This document shows, piece after piece, positions 51,701 to 61,194 of a stretch of DNA of 64,000 nucleotides. A program made the position numbers and the translations under genes. The notes beneath the pieces were generated by a model. That model saw only the letters and a list, made by a program, of their open reading frames with translations, made no database searches and had not been told where the DNA came from. The DNA comes from Lytechinus pictus (lineage: Eukaryota), in the NCBI RefSeq assembly GCF_037042905.1, contig NC_087252.1:2606001-2670000 (forward strand), given 5' to 3'. The first letter of the stretch is position 1; each line of letters opens with the position of its first letter.

Positions 51701-54700
51701 ATATTTCAAATGTTTACATGACAATTCAAACCTTGAATGAACAAAAATACTCTTTGGGTTGACGATTTGGGGGCAGGATTTCTCAGTATTCTTTCTTTAA
51801 TTCATCAGTCTCTTATATTACAACATCGCCTCATTAAGTGCAAGCCGCCATGTTTTTTACAACTTTGCCTTTCGTCCCAATATCTTCGAAAGCTATATCG
51901 CCATTTTGGAGCGGGATTGACAAAACTTGCAGTGGTACATAAAAACTATCAAATTCCCAGGGAGAACTAATACACTCAACTCTCACCTGATGTGTCCCGT
52001 GCCGCTGGTCGTCAGCTGTCCCTCGTTCTCCGGGGAGAACGTCACCCTGAAGATATCCTGAGAGAAAGCCTTTGATCTCAACTGGATTTTCTCCTGCTGC
52101 CAGTCCCACAGGGTCAGCATGAAGTCAGGACTGCAACCCACCGAGGCCAGGAGATTTCCTGCAGGGTTGAAGTCCACAAAGGCGTAGCCCTTCTCGGTCC
52201 CACCCCTCAGGATGCGGTAGAGCTTGAGAGAAGGGTACTCGTAGACAATGATGTTGGGCATCTCCCCCTTTTCAGCGACTACAAAGTACTTGAGGCTTGG
52301 GTGTACCTATCAGCACGATTAATGACAAAATCATTAGGTATATTGTGCACAAGTAACCACTTGTACAAATCAATCTTATAGTCAATTGCTAATCTTTGTA
52401 TTACATTGAGGTCCTGAATGTTTAATACTTATGAAAAAGGAATAGATGAGTATTTAAACTCTTCTGTCAAAATTAAACTTTTGAGGGCATCTCAATAAAA
52501 GGCATATCTTTAGAAGGATTATTATGCAAGAGGCTGCCTTCTTTTGCCTTGAAAAATGCTACACAAGAAGAGGAAACTGTTTTCAAGCGAAATGAGGTAG
52601 CCATACATGTAATTCTGAAATACAGCTTTTCTGAACTTTTGTTTTAACAGCCCACCAAACACATCTTACATGATACTTACCGTTATGGCACCAACACCAC
52701 CACCACTAGTTGTCCTGACATATCGCTGTTCTTTGGTCACAAGGTTCAAGATCTGGACTATGTTACCAGCCGCAAACAGGACTGTGTTAGCATCCAGCAT
52801 GTACAAATTGGACAGCTTCTTGCAGTCATATCCAAATGAGTGACTGGTGAGAGAAGACTAACAGTCAAGGAAGGTATTATGAAACTCTTTTAGACGTTTC
52901 CATTAAAACCAGGTTTCATGTACCCACTCCTCGTAACAATCCAACTGTAACTTTTTAAAAAATGTTTAATCTTTCACCATGTAAAATAATGTTCCCATAG
53001 ACAAAATACAGTGAACCCCCCCCCCCAAAAAAAAAAAAAGAATGGTTGTTGAAAGCATAGAGTTCTTGAATAGCATAATAAATCATCACTGAAGTAAAAC
53101 ATAACTTGCAATAAAGTAATTCATAATTTTGTTTTGAAAACAGAAAAAAAAAATATTTACTGAAGTAAAACATGACTTGCAATTAAGTAATTCATAATTT
53201 TGTTTTGAAAACAGAAAAAAAAAACAATATTTAAAGATTTGAAAGGATACAATAATTTGAGCATGTCATCTGGTAGACCAGAATCCTCAGCAATAACAGG
53301 CTTGGAGCTGTGTTCTTCATAGTTGTAATAGAAATCTGTTGGAATACGATTCTCATCCTCTTCTTCATTCTCTCCCTCTGCCCCGCCCCCATCAGCCTGC
53401 GTCTCCCCACCCTCTGTTTGCTCCTGAGGCGGTGCATCCTGGGGCTTTTGTGCCCCATCCCCAGTGTCTGCTTGCGGTTCTTGAGTCTGGGAAGGTGCTA
53501 ATGGGGGCTCTGCCTCCGTTGTCTCCTGGGATGCCTCCCCCTGTGTCTCAACCTGTCCCTCGCCCTGTGTCTCTTGGGCTGTATCACCCTGTGTCTCTTG
53601 GGTTGCATCACCCTGTGTCTCCTGGGGTGTGTCACCCTCTGCTGCTCCTTCTGCAGCAGGGGCATCACCATTCTCTGTTGCGCTCTGTTCACCTTCTTCT
53701 TGTGTCACTTGCTGGGTGTCTTCTGCAGCCTGGCTGGCAGCTGCTACAAAATTAATGACAGATTCATCCATTATGATTATTCTGATCAATATTTTTAATA
53801 CCTCACTCACATTGTCAATACACTGACCATGTATCTCTAACATAGTGGGAATCAATTGGCACTGTCTTTATGTTAGTTTCTGTTTTGTTTTTCTTGTGGG
53901 GAGGTATACCCTTCATTTTTGCTTGAGAACTGATTCCAGTGTAATAGTAGTAATACTAATTGTCCTTCAAAAAAAATTAGTTTTCCACTGGTTGTTACAA
54001 GATATCATAAAACAGACATACAACATCAACACAATACATACAGAAAACTTAGTATTTCGATTGGAAAATAATCTTAATAAGAATGCCATTTTTGTGTAAT
54101 TTTCAGCTATATCAAAGTTATTTCAAGAAATGTATTTGTTATAATTAAAGGATTTATTGGGATAAGAAACTGAGCTGGACATGTTTTCATAAAACCATTT
54201 TAGCATAATCTCTACGGGAAGCCACGCTGGACAATATGCTGGTCAGACAAAAACTCAGACGCATTGACTTTGCATATGTCTGTTCTGTTCTGAAAGTATG
54301 TCTGTTCATTAATGTCCAGCCTGGCTTTCCACAACATCGAACTAGAGTTATGACACTTTCATGAAACAGGCCCAAGGATTCCTGGATACATATTCTGTCA
54401 TTGAAAATAGGCTTTGACTATAGAAACAAAAAGAGGCCTATGAAGCCCTTCAAGGCGGGAAGTGAATAAATTAGACATACCTTCTGGGGCCTGACCATCC
54501 TCAGGCGCATTATCTACCCCATCTGATTTCTCCCCGTCCCCTTCTTGCTCTGCCTTCTGCTCCCCTGTCCCCTCTGTCTCCTGAGGGGCATCATCTGATG
54601 CAGGGGGATCTGCCCCACCCTCCTCCTGACTCACTTCAGCTGTTTCTGCATTATCATCAGCAGCTGTAATGAAAGGATAACAATCTTGAATCCTGACATA

Positions 54701-57700
54701 AAATTAACACATCATTTTATTTATAACTATGATGCATAAGAAGAGCATGAAATGTACAAATACAAAATACATTTCCTTCCTATTATGGATGAAGGGAACA
54801 AAGATCAAGATTGGACAATTAATATAATGTAATCAATAGCAAAGATATTACAAGGGGAAGATCGGAGACTCAGGGGCAATTCCATAAAATGATCAACCTT
54901 TTTGTATGTTTTCTCAAGTCTTACTTCACTTCATAAACTGACCAAGTCATGGTCAATCAGAGAACATTACAGACTGTCAAAAGATCAGAGACAAAAAAAT
55001 TTCATGAAGGTCCCACATATAGGGGGTTGGACGTACATGTTTCATGGAATTGCCCTTAGGCGATTTTTTGAAACGCTTGATTAATGCTCATGGGGAAGGG
55101 TACCAACAAGCCTTGAGTAAGTAAATCTTCGCACATCGGCACGCTGCTGTGTATAAAACATATGGAGAAAATGAGGGAATTTGGGAGAGGGCACACGGGC
55201 GGTGCATGGGAATAATTCTATATTTTATTACCCAGAAACCTCTAAAAATATATATTCATTTCTAATTTTAGAAGAAAAAGAATTTGAAGAAAAAAATCTT
55301 TAAATGTATAAATCATTTATTTCTCCACCCCTCATGTTTCATATACAACCAATGGCAATACGTTAAGGCTGGCGAAAATTTACTTACTCAACGCTGTGGG
55401 GCGCTCTTCCCAAGCATTTCATTGCGCACTATATGTACTGTGCGATCTTTACTTACTCAACGCTGTTGGGCGCTCTTCCCAAGCATTTCATTGCGCACTA
55501 TATGTACTGTGCGATCTTCCCTTTGTAGTGTCTTTGTCAATAGGTAGATCTAAATCACCCAAGTTCAAATAACAAAACAGGTTTACAAATGTACATTACC
55601 GGTAACAAAAGCCGGGCATAATCCGGGCATTGGTACTGCGTTTCTACGTTCAAGGCCGGCATTTCGCCCACTGTAAACAGGCTTAAACAGGGTAAATAAC
55701 AATTGGACATGTACCTTGTTCTGTTGTGTCTTCTTGTGCAGCATCATTACTTGATTCTTGTTCAGCATTAGTCTCTTCCTGCTGATCATCGTTTGCAGCA
55801 GGATCTGTGATAAAACACAAGGATGATTTTGGCTCGATTTAGGTGATCGATGCATGCTCAATATCAATAATAAATGAGTATTGAATATAATTATGCATGT
55901 TCAGCTGTAGGCCTATATATTTTCTTTCAATTGGAAATCTATTGAAAATATATTAGGCGATAAAATTTGTTGATGACTCGATGTATTCCTGATGTGAATT
56001 ATAAACTGGTACTGCTAATTATAAAAAAAGTCCAGCAAATAAATTCAAATTAGTGTGGTAATCTTTTTTTTTCAGGATTCAGCGCATCGTTTTGCATCGC
56101 AGTTTGTTTTGCTTGTATATTTGTTTAAATAATGTTTAACATTGTTTGTTTGATTGCTATTTATTTTTCTTTATTATTAATTGTTAAATGATTAAAATTA
56201 TTGATCATTGTTCACGTAATGTTTATTATTTTAATATTTGTAGAACTCTAAAGTTAGATCTAGATCAAGACCTATTTAATAACTTTTAATTGTCCATCAA
56301 ATTGAATAGCTTTTAAGGAAGGACGAAGTTTATCAAATTTGAACAGAATTGGTACTTACAGGAATCCTTTTCATAATTTTCATTTTCTTGATAATAAAAT
56401 AACTCACTTGAAAAAAAAATTATGTTTTTTTTAATATTCACTGCGTTGCCGCTGGATAGCTAACGTTATAACTCACCAGAAAATTATTCATATCACATGC
56501 ATGTCGCACCAGCAGTCAATGCCATCACCGCAGCACACGCAAAACACACCGATCACATCAACAGGCGCTATCACTCACCAAAAATCCCCGCTAAAATATA
56601 AATTAAGTCCTTAAAATTGCGTTTATCTGCGCCATATTTCCAAACACGCGACAGATTTGTTCAGATTCAGGAAGCGGGGTCCCCGAAAATGCACTAAAAA
56701 TGAAGAAATCTGTGATTCTTCTGAGTTTGCAAACTTTATTTTCTCACTAACTTAGGATCATATCTTCAAGATTACCAATAAAAAACCAAATCAAATTATT
56801 TTCTTAAACGCAGTTTACGCCGATATCGGAATTGGCAATTTCTTTAGGTCGTTGCGAGAGCGATCGAGGAGCAGATGAGAGCTAATCGCTCATCACTTGT
56901 GTGTATTTTTTTCGCTTTTCAGCTGCCATAAAAAATAGGAAATATCAAGAAATCAAAAAAAGTGTGCGGGCACGGACGAGAAACATCACTTTTTGATATT
57001 TTTTTAACCAATTTTTGAAAATAGTAAATAGTAAAATATTCCATGCATCGGCCAAAACAGAGAGATGCCCAAACATTGGTGCAAATATCATTTAACGTTA
57101 TTGAATAGAAAGTTTAGAACAAAAAATATTGCAGAAAAGCTTGAATAGGTCTACATGTCAAATCTTGAGCATGTTCTATTTGCAGACGGGCAAATAATTT
57201 GTGTATAACTTTATGCCTAGCCCTAAGGTAAATTCAACTTCACCACACCACGCCCACGGACATCAACACTGACATCAGACAACAAAAATAAAAATTGCAA
57301 ATGGTCACACTCAGTCACAGTCACAGACACTGAGAGAGACAGTGAGACACAGTCACAGACAAAAAACAGAACTCAGGAGCAATCTGCATGATCTGCCATA
57401 AAGAAATGTAGGTCCTTGGTTGTATCTATGTACTTGTTTGAGAAATAAGCATTTGTTACTTTATTGTCAGCTCGAATATTTTTCCAGACTCCAGAGGCCA
57501 TCATTCTCGAGTCGATATTGAATTTGCGGCTGCAATGCAGTGCAGCGGCCAGCGGTGCGGCCGACCACATAGCTCTTACGCCACAACTCCGGGCACACGA
57601 ACTGTCAGCATCACGCTTCACTCGAAAAAAGAGCAAGAAAACCTATGCCAATTCTAAGGTTCTTAGAGCAAGATAGCTGCACTACAAAAAGTTACAGAGT

Positions 57701-57831
57701 AAACAATATTACAGATCGATTCATCATCATCCCATATCAATCAAAGAAACCCACAAAATATAAGAAATTGTGATACTAAACGATAAAAATCACCACTATT
57801 TACCTGCGTTCACCTGTTGCTCGTCTTCCAT
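9583..57831 (-). CDS. CFAP44: Cilia- and flagella-associated protein 44 (WDR52): WD40 repeats plus C-terminal coiled coil, 34 coding exons, about 1997 aa
   Basis: Exons join in frame from ATG at 57831 to TAG at 9583. Recognisable CFAP44 segments include [97 protein letters not shown] and [20 protein letters not shown]. Confidence 0.95.
9829..10591. mobile_element. piggyBac-like MITE
   Basis: TTAA|CCCTAACTCTCCCGGGG...CCCCGGGAGAATTAGGG|TTAA; subterminal G-run/GGCCATWATGGCC/C-run palindromes. Confidence 0.82.
12151..12219 (-). CDS. CFAP44: CFAP44 exon 33
   Basis: catag|[23 protein letters not shown]|gtatg. Confidence 0.9.
16506..16640 (-). CDS. CFAP44: CFAP44 exon 32
   Basis: KKILAKKKR...LDARQTSL; phase 0/0. 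Confidence 0.9.
16824..17115 (+). repeat. Degenerate (CAT/CAC)n tract; shorter ones at 21153-21257 and 30230-30303
   Basis: Trinucleotide periodicity. Confidence 0.85.
17186..17411 (-). CDS. CFAP44: CFAP44 exon 31
   Basis: [16 protein letters not shown]...KWE. Confidence 0.92.
17924..18120 (-). CDS. CFAP44: CFAP44 exon 30
   Basis: [20 protein letters not shown]...LQQRIREL. Confidence 0.92.
18788..18964 (-). CDS. CFAP44: CFAP44 exon 29
   Basis: [18 protein letters not shown]...DLEQFQ. Confidence 0.92.
19454..19569 (-). CDS. CFAP44: CFAP44 exon 28 (acidic, [10 protein letters not shown])
   Basis: tacag| ... |gtaaga. Confidence 0.9.
20153..20339 (-). CDS. CFAP44: CFAP44 exon 27
   Basis: [26 protein letters not shown]. 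Confidence 0.92.
20920..21034 (-). CDS. CFAP44: CFAP44 exon 26
   Basis: [21 protein letters not shown]. Confidence 0.92.
21309..21580 (-). CDS. CFAP44: CFAP44 exon 25
   Basis: ...[12 protein letters not shown]...LKNADL. Confidence 0.9.
22264..22445. mobile_element. Short palindromic MITE family (GTTTCATAAAG...CTTTATGAAAC); relatives at 12795-12970 and 19824-20036
   Basis: Inverted arms and multiple copies in the window. Confidence 0.7.
22619..22760 (-). CDS. CFAP44: CFAP44 exon 24 (Gly-rich)
   Basis: [12 protein letters not shown]...GGFGGGFGG. Confidence 0.88.
22829..22890 (-). mobile_element. tRNA-derived SINE head fragment
   Basis: A box TGGTCTAGTGG and B box GGTTCGATT; no complete cloverleaf. 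Confidence 0.6.
23750..23787 (-). ncRNA. Minimal type-I hammerhead ribozyme motif of the PLE
   Basis: Minus strand reads gc-CUGACGA-a-GUCU(agcagcuugc)AGAC-GAAA-c-GUC-gc: conserved core, stem II and palindromic ACGU stem III region; predicted cut between 23752 and 23751. Confidence 0.78.
23772..24365 (-). pseudogene. Frameshifted GIY-YIG endonuclease of the PLE
   Basis: [10 protein letters not shown] / [10 protein letters not shown]...RMKEH / SAVAEHAW...IKEAIQIR...NINRDSG are split across three frames (near 24333 and 24270). Confidence 0.85.
24332..26419 (-). CDS. Penelope-like reverse transcriptase ORF (stops at the start of the GIY-YIG domain)
   Basis: Motifs [56 protein letters not shown]. 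The first ~14 residues (TTG start) are probably genomic flank. Confidence 0.9.
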   Translation of the reverse strand: MSTHQYEIYISVLSPAFRLVQRHERCSKKLARFSNHLTFLTRCIKNTVIPIDLRVRPPVPTKSARIIAERTSRLFLRERIRLTRMTLKSIRAEIESSTTVVRSALAEEHYNSALELFDNIYRYEFEKCKSRQQDKYRKISSEGKDVSICADTNSRVVNLSKRKLTSDESALLAKGLNFSVAPKRVPATEIVAKVESSIRSLDAETIGSVRREINAILSSAEPPKPNITPGMRKALKSLKEDESIMILPADKGRASVILDTDVYRAKMSELIESGTYRAIGKDPTDRLSRKLSTILRGFHKNGDIDDSTYRKLKPSQKQPPRIYGLPKIHKADIPLRPIVSCVSSFAYNTSKYLADILAPLVGSNGHAVHNSASFVDFLRSETIQEHEVLVSFDVVSLFTNVPINAACKVALSRLERDESLPERTQLSPAQVTELLSFVLQSTYFMFAGNFYEQQEGAAMGSPVSAVIANLFMEAFEERALSICPPDCAPIFWKRYVDDTFIITHRSTANDLLSHMNSQQPSIRFTMKMECNEHIAFLDTMVHRDTSGRLYTTVYRKPTHTDQYIAYDSHHPKSVKRGVVKCLYDRASRIVTKPQCTATEKQHITSALISNGYPRSFVNRVAKKKSAPSEQPTQFKSAIVIPFDDGIAHLLRRRLEKHGIRVIFKSDSIRSQLVCPKDRPIPDRRDGVVYKIPCST
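27343..27527 (-). CDS. CFAP44: CFAP44 exon 23
   Basis: IHTYKMQIN...LRDKKV...EVPE. Confidence 0.9.
27651..27790 (+). mobile_element. tRNA-derived SINE remnant (another near 37815-37910)
   Basis: GCCGAGTGGTTAA A box, GGTTTGATTCC B box, GAGCAAGGCA core. Confidence 0.6.
28007..28195 (-). CDS. CFAP44: CFAP44 exon 22
   Basis: [19 protein letters not shown]...[11 protein letters not shown]. Confidence 0.93.
29219..29379 (-). CDS. CFAP44: CFAP44 exon 21
   Basis: SAKVSET...[10 protein letters not shown]. Confidence 0.86.
29663..30119. mobile_element. MITE GGGCAATTCCA...TGGAATWGCCC; relative at 54874-55055
   Basis: Short TIRs shared by two copies. Confidence 0.6.
30312..30502 (-). CDS. CFAP44: CFAP44 exon 20
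   Basis: [12 protein letters not shown]...QLMP; phases match. Confidence 0.88.
31232..31362 (-). CDS. CFAP44: CFAP44 exon 19
   Basis: EFEMDPG...[10 protein letters not shown]. Confidence 0.9.
31796..32011 (-). CDS. CFAP44: CFAP44 exon 18
   Basis: [16 protein letters not shown]...[10 protein letters not shown]. Confidence 0.92.
32631..32952 (-). CDS. CFAP44: CFAP44 exon 17
   Basis: GMEDGVIRI...NVHDNNYG...DGNLFIF...IPSAR. Confidence 0.92.
33782..33942 (-). CDS. CFAP44: CFAP44 exon 16
   Basis: [13 protein letters not shown]...PITCINF. Confidence 0.9.
34299..34699 (+). mobile_element. 5'-truncated L2-type LINE 3' fragment with 12-bp TSD
   Basis: QNAAARIV...[13 protein letters not shown]...WNSLP; (TAT)n tail; TTTTGTTTATAC at 34287-34298 and 34700-34711. 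Confidence 0.85.
34716..34825 (-). CDS. CFAP44: CFAP44 exon 15
   Basis: [16 protein letters not shown]...FWVSM. Confidence 0.9.
35014..35760. mobile_element. Non-autonomous element with a terminal long hairpin and asymmetric inverted repeats
   Basis: Hairpin 35014-35175 with a perfect 25-bp core; TTATACAACAC (35177-35187) / GTGTTGTATAA (35750-35760). Confidence 0.65.
36193..36316 (-). CDS. CFAP44: CFAP44 exon 14 (E/K/R-rich)
   Basis: tgatag| REEEEERKR... |gtaaag. Confidence 0.87.
36785..36937 (-). CDS. CFAP44: CFAP44 exon 13
   Basis: [12 protein letters not shown]...FNSIKSRLR. Confidence 0.9.
37595..37705 (-). CDS. CFAP44: CFAP44 exon 12
   Basis: GADGTVFFM...PVGYI...WAPGNF. Confidence 0.9.
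38403..38612 (-). CDS. CFAP44: CFAP44 exon 11
   Basis: [20 protein letters not shown]...LLASG. Confidence 0.92.
39202..39296 (-). CDS. CFAP44: CFAP44 exon 10
   Basis: [13 protein letters not shown]...LLWLPQI. Confidence 0.9.
39705..40496. mobile_element. MITE (hAT-like ends)
   Basis: Perfect 19-bp TIR TAGGGACAGTGATTTTCCG; TTGTAT direct repeat on both flanks; subterminal TTCCGTTT repeats. Confidence 0.82.
40567..40714 (-). CDS. CFAP44: CFAP44 exon 9
   Basis: [27 protein letters not shown]. Confidence 0.92.
41160..42410. repeat. Degenerate tandem array (~180/360-bp units) inside the Harbinger-like element
   Basis: Recurring CACGAARTG...GTGGAAAG...TGTACGATAATCGCTTGTTC; inverted relatives near 45000-45480; another 3-unit array at 48355-48875. 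Confidence 0.75.
42823..43300. mobile_element. MITE nested in the composite element
   Basis: 22-bp TIR AGGTGGTTTCAGACCGCCTCGA / TCGAGGCGGTTTGAAACCACCT. Confidence 0.8.
46395..47933 (+). mobile_element. Internally deleted L2/CR1-group (Crack-like) non-LTR element retaining ORF1
   Basis: Intact ORF1, then only the ORF2 C-terminal remnant ([16 protein letters not shown]...FKMKYKRYL, ending 47543), a 3' hairpin at 47751-47791 and a (GAAAT)n-type tail. Confidence 0.78.
46600..47313 (+). CDS. LINE ORF1p (coiled coil plus L1/Transposase_22-like RNA-binding domain), 237 aa
   Basis: [39 protein letters not shown] and WTQDGRI motifs; first in-frame ATG at 46600. Confidence 0.82.
   Translation: MERRSRRGADDHSKDNIQDEVRKALEASSIIDTLVSKIKEILIDDLTAVITQKVGEDLKESIDFELSSRDTRITALESEIVSLKEQQDESEQYSRRNCLIFHGLKENENENTTRIVKEVCEEKLGIILQDGDIDRTHRLGAKSGRSRGIIIRFTNYDARNRVYQARRQLREQSGDPIFIQESLTRLRSELFKEVKSKQKGKYKSIWTQDGRIRVITNGGHRFTLTKRSHMSKLQSSD
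50560..50718 (-). CDS. CFAP44: CFAP44 exon 8
   Basis: [11 protein letters not shown]...WYGQ. Confidence 0.92.
51210..51489 (-). CDS. CFAP44: CFAP44 exon 7 (WD40)
   Basis: [15 protein letters not shown]...DGFIR. Confidence 0.93.
51987..52306 (-). CDS. CFAP44: CFAP44 exon 6 (WD40)
   Basis: [14 protein letters not shown]...GTGHI; AG/GT boundaries. Confidence 0.93.
52681..52843 (-). CDS. CFAP44: CFAP44 exon 5 (HSFGYDC...)
   Basis: caccag| ... |gtaagt. Confidence 0.9.
52844..53250 (-). other. U12-type (minor spliceosome) GT-AG intron 4 of CFAP44
   Basis: 5' splice site GTATCCTTT (53250-53242); branch site TTCCTTGAC (52872-52864) about 21 nt before the AG. Confidence 0.88.
53088..53232. repeat. 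71-bp tandem duplication in the U12 intron
   Basis: ACTGAAGTAAAACAT... at 53088 and 53159. Confidence 0.85.
53251..53743 (-). CDS. CFAP44: CFAP44 exon 4 (QETQG repeats, [10 protein letters not shown])
   Basis: TAGCAG NAGNAG acceptor; U12-type donor GTATCCTTT. Confidence 0.88.
54481..54663 (-). CDS. CFAP44: CFAP44 exon 3 (acidic)
   Basis: tacag| ... |gtatgt; phase 1/1. Confidence 0.82.
55379..55518. repeat. 69-bp near-perfect tandem duplication
   Basis: TACTTACTCAACGCTGT... at 55381 and 55450. Confidence 0.9.
55715..55804 (-). CDS. CFAP44: CFAP44 exon 2 (acidic)
   Basis: cacag| ... |gtacat; phase 1/1; [16 protein letters not shown]. Confidence 0.75.
57804..57831 (-). CDS. CFAP44: CFAP44 exon 1 (MEDEQQVNA)
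   Basis: CCAAAATGG start context; G|GTAAAT donor; phase 1 fits exon 2; promoter-like motifs directly upstream. Confidence 0.7.
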
Positions 57832-57844
57832 TTTGGAGTTACCC

Positions 57845-57873
57845 GTTGCCAAGGTTGCCATTGCGCAGGCGCA
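57845..57873 (-). promoter_or_regulatory. RFX X-box-like motif (GTTGCCAAGGTTGC) and NRF1-type motif (TGCGCAGGCGCA) at the CFAP44 start
   Basis: Both lie 14-42 nt upstream of the inferred ATG; X-boxes are typical of ciliary gene promoters. Confidence 0.55.
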
Positions 57874-60800
57874 TCAAAATGCTGCATTGTTTGCCGCCCT
57901 CTTGAGTTTTCAAAAGGTTAATAAAGTGAAAAATGCTGATCCAGGATCGGAGAAAGTTTTTTTCCTATTTTTTCAATGTTGTGGACGGTTTTTCTCCGAG
58001 CCATATTTATAAACTGCTTGTACACGAATTATGAGAAGTTGCCACATTTTAAAAAATAAAAAAATATTCTCTTTCAAAATCAAATTCATGAATTAATTAT
58101 CATGATCATCTTTAAATTGGAATAAGTGACGTGATTTTTTTTTTCTGCACCATTAATCGAACTATAATTCGAGATCCGGGGAGCGAGTTTCATCCGACAA
58201 GTTGTGTGATTTGACATCTTTCCTTGATTTTTATCGGCTGAGAAGCATTCTCGCTATGACAATTGTCGGATAACGGGGAGCGTTTTATGAAAGGCCTTGT
58301 CGGACGTTTTATCCGACAAGTAGCCCCCCCCCCTACAGTAATTACTATGGTAACAGTGCCTCTAAGCTAATCATAATCAAGGAAACAAGATGTCAGATCT
58401 GACAACTTGTCGGACGAAAATGTTGATGAAAAGCTACCTTGATTTTTCATGAAAAGTAATTTAATGACTATAAATCAAATAAAGGTAAATTGAGAAAGAA
58501 ATATAAAGAGTAGGTTGATTAAAATATTTAGAGGTGTAATGCCAGTACTACTTGGTAAATAGCCCGGTCAATGAAAAGGTTTCAACAACAAAAAATATCT
58601 CATTTTAACCAATATTGATAAATCAAACAACATTTTTGGTGCATGCGACACAGATTCTGAATCCATTGCTGGAAACGTATAATCAAGGTATAGAGCCTAT
58701 TATAGACACCAAAGGAAATTGCTAAAAAGATACAGCAAAGAAATTAATGTCCATTCAATTCTCTCTCGCAAAAAAAAACACAAACCGATTCCCATACAGC
58801 AAATTAGAACTACAAGTATATGGGGTAGTTAAATGGGTTTACCCCCCCCCCTAATTTTTTTAATACCCAAACCTCCCCCCTCTAGAAGTCAACCCCCCAT
58901 GAATTTTTTTGAAGACTTTTTTTTAGCTTGTCAATATTTTTGGAGGTACGAAACCACGTTTAATTTGTGATCAAGACCCCCCCCCCCCTTTTTTTTTTTT
59001 TTTTCTTGTCATGTTTTGGGGTAAGAAACGACCTAAAATTGGTGGTTAAGGCGATTTTTTTAACAACATTTCATCTTTAGCTCGAAACTTGACCCCCCCC
59101 CCCTTTAAAAAAATCCTGCATACGCTACTGCCCGAACAACATCCGAAAGGCAGCGGCACCCCTAATGCACACAGTCACACCAACGAGACCGAGTCCAAAC
59201 CGGCCGATGGTGTGTCATGGTCGCGGCCTCGTTTGTCGGTCTGGCTGATTTTCCTGTATGACTGTGTCTTTATAGAGCGGCATAAACATGATAAAAAATG
59301 TTATTCAACACTTAGAGCAGGTACATTTTATCCTCGCTAATGGATAGCGTTGATGATAATGAGAGAACACTGTTGCCTTGCGTGTCACTTAATAGGCTAG
59401 CCACCCATTAACATCATTCATTTCATTAGATATAATATTGTTTTTTAAAGTGCCCCCATTTCACGTGTACGACCAATTACTGGTGATAGAAATTGGCCTT
59501 GGTAATTGCGTTTCAATTTATTTTTATCAATTTCATTATGTTCAAGAAGGGTAAATCTTGTTGTTCCATTCACTAAGGCGGTGTTTGGCTGGTCGAACAT
59601 TATGAAAATTGCTATGGTTACGGATCGGGCCAATGCAGTGTAATAAGCAGACAGCGGACCCCGTTACTAATCAAGACGTACGCTTATTTTTTTGTATTAA
59701 TACATAAGACTCACAGTAAAGAGCTCATTAGATCGTGACTTATATAATATGTCAATAAATGGGTTTCATTTTGTTTTCCATATATTTTGGCATTTGCCAG
59801 CAATGGAAAACAAGAAATAGAAAACCAATTGTTTTACCATCATGAATTCGTGTTTTTAGTAATATTGGCTCTTACTTGCTCTTTTGTTCGCAATATAATC
59901 GTAATCAAAACATATTGAGCAGTATTGCAGAGGGTTCAAAAAACACATTTAGTTCTCTTTGTACGATTTATATGCGAAATTAAATATTTCAATTATTAAT
60001 AAACCTTACCCGACCACGACCATACCTTTAAATATATTAAAGAGAATATTGATTTCACATTAGCCGCAGATTACAAGATGCAAATTACCAAGGTAATAAA
60101 GCAAGTTCATGCTTTCAAGGATTGATGACTCATTCGCGTCCAGGATCCACTATAACCTTTGCCAAAGAAGTATAGCGAGGATATCTTATTTAGAAGTGGA
60201 TGCCGGGCGCGTAACCGACTCAAACCGAACGGTGCAAGGGCCGCGGAACCGGGGGCTGGGGCATGAGCCCCCTCCCCCCGTCCCATATATATTTTTTCAA
60301 CCTTGTACAAAAAACGTAAATATTACCATCTGATTGTGACGTTTTGCATGTTCAGTTTCCAACTTTCGGCTCAGCCCCCCCCCCCCCCCCCCCCCCATAA
60401 TGGTTAGTTTCGGTCATGTTCGCTCATTTGGTTTACGTAGCATCGTCTACAGTATACTTGCGCAGACCCTATTGCAAATCAAAATCAATTACGGACTCGA
60501 TATTTGCTTCCTCAAACTGTAGCTATATTATAAATATCAGTAGGCAAAGCTTTTTAGTACAAGAACATTGTTACTTTCGACATTAAATGTGTTAATTAAG
60601 TTTGTTTGGACTGTATTAATTGTTTCAAATGAAAAGTGTCTAGGAACGGAAACTATCGTACGTTAGTCACGTGACGTAGTACACAGAAATATGCCTTGTG
60701 CTGCCTGCTCGATCTCAAAGTTAGGGGGGAAAATGAGATGTAATAATTATACCAGTCATAAAGTAGCATACATCAAACTGTAGATAATCTATTTAGCATT

Positions 60801-61194
60801 AAGATGACAATCAATCTCGACCTTTTTTACCCTTAGGGATATTCCAATGGGAAAACAAAGGTGCCAGTGGCTGTTAGACCGTTGTCATAGCAAGAGTTGT
60901 GAATATGGATACTTTCAAATGAACAGCGAGACGTAAATAGTGACTTAATTGTAATAATATTTACATTGAATTAATGGAAATTGATAAAATTTCCACACTA
61001 TTATCAATTTGGTGTGAGATTGTTAATAGTTATAAAGATATACCCGGATTTCTGCAATATTACGTTCATGAAAACCACTGTTCCCTGTGTTGAAGCTGTG
61101 TGTGTGGACTTTCGGACACTCAAATGCACGCGACTTACCATTATGCCCCCTCACTTTCAAAACCGTTCCACGGCCTCTGCGATGATATGTCATT

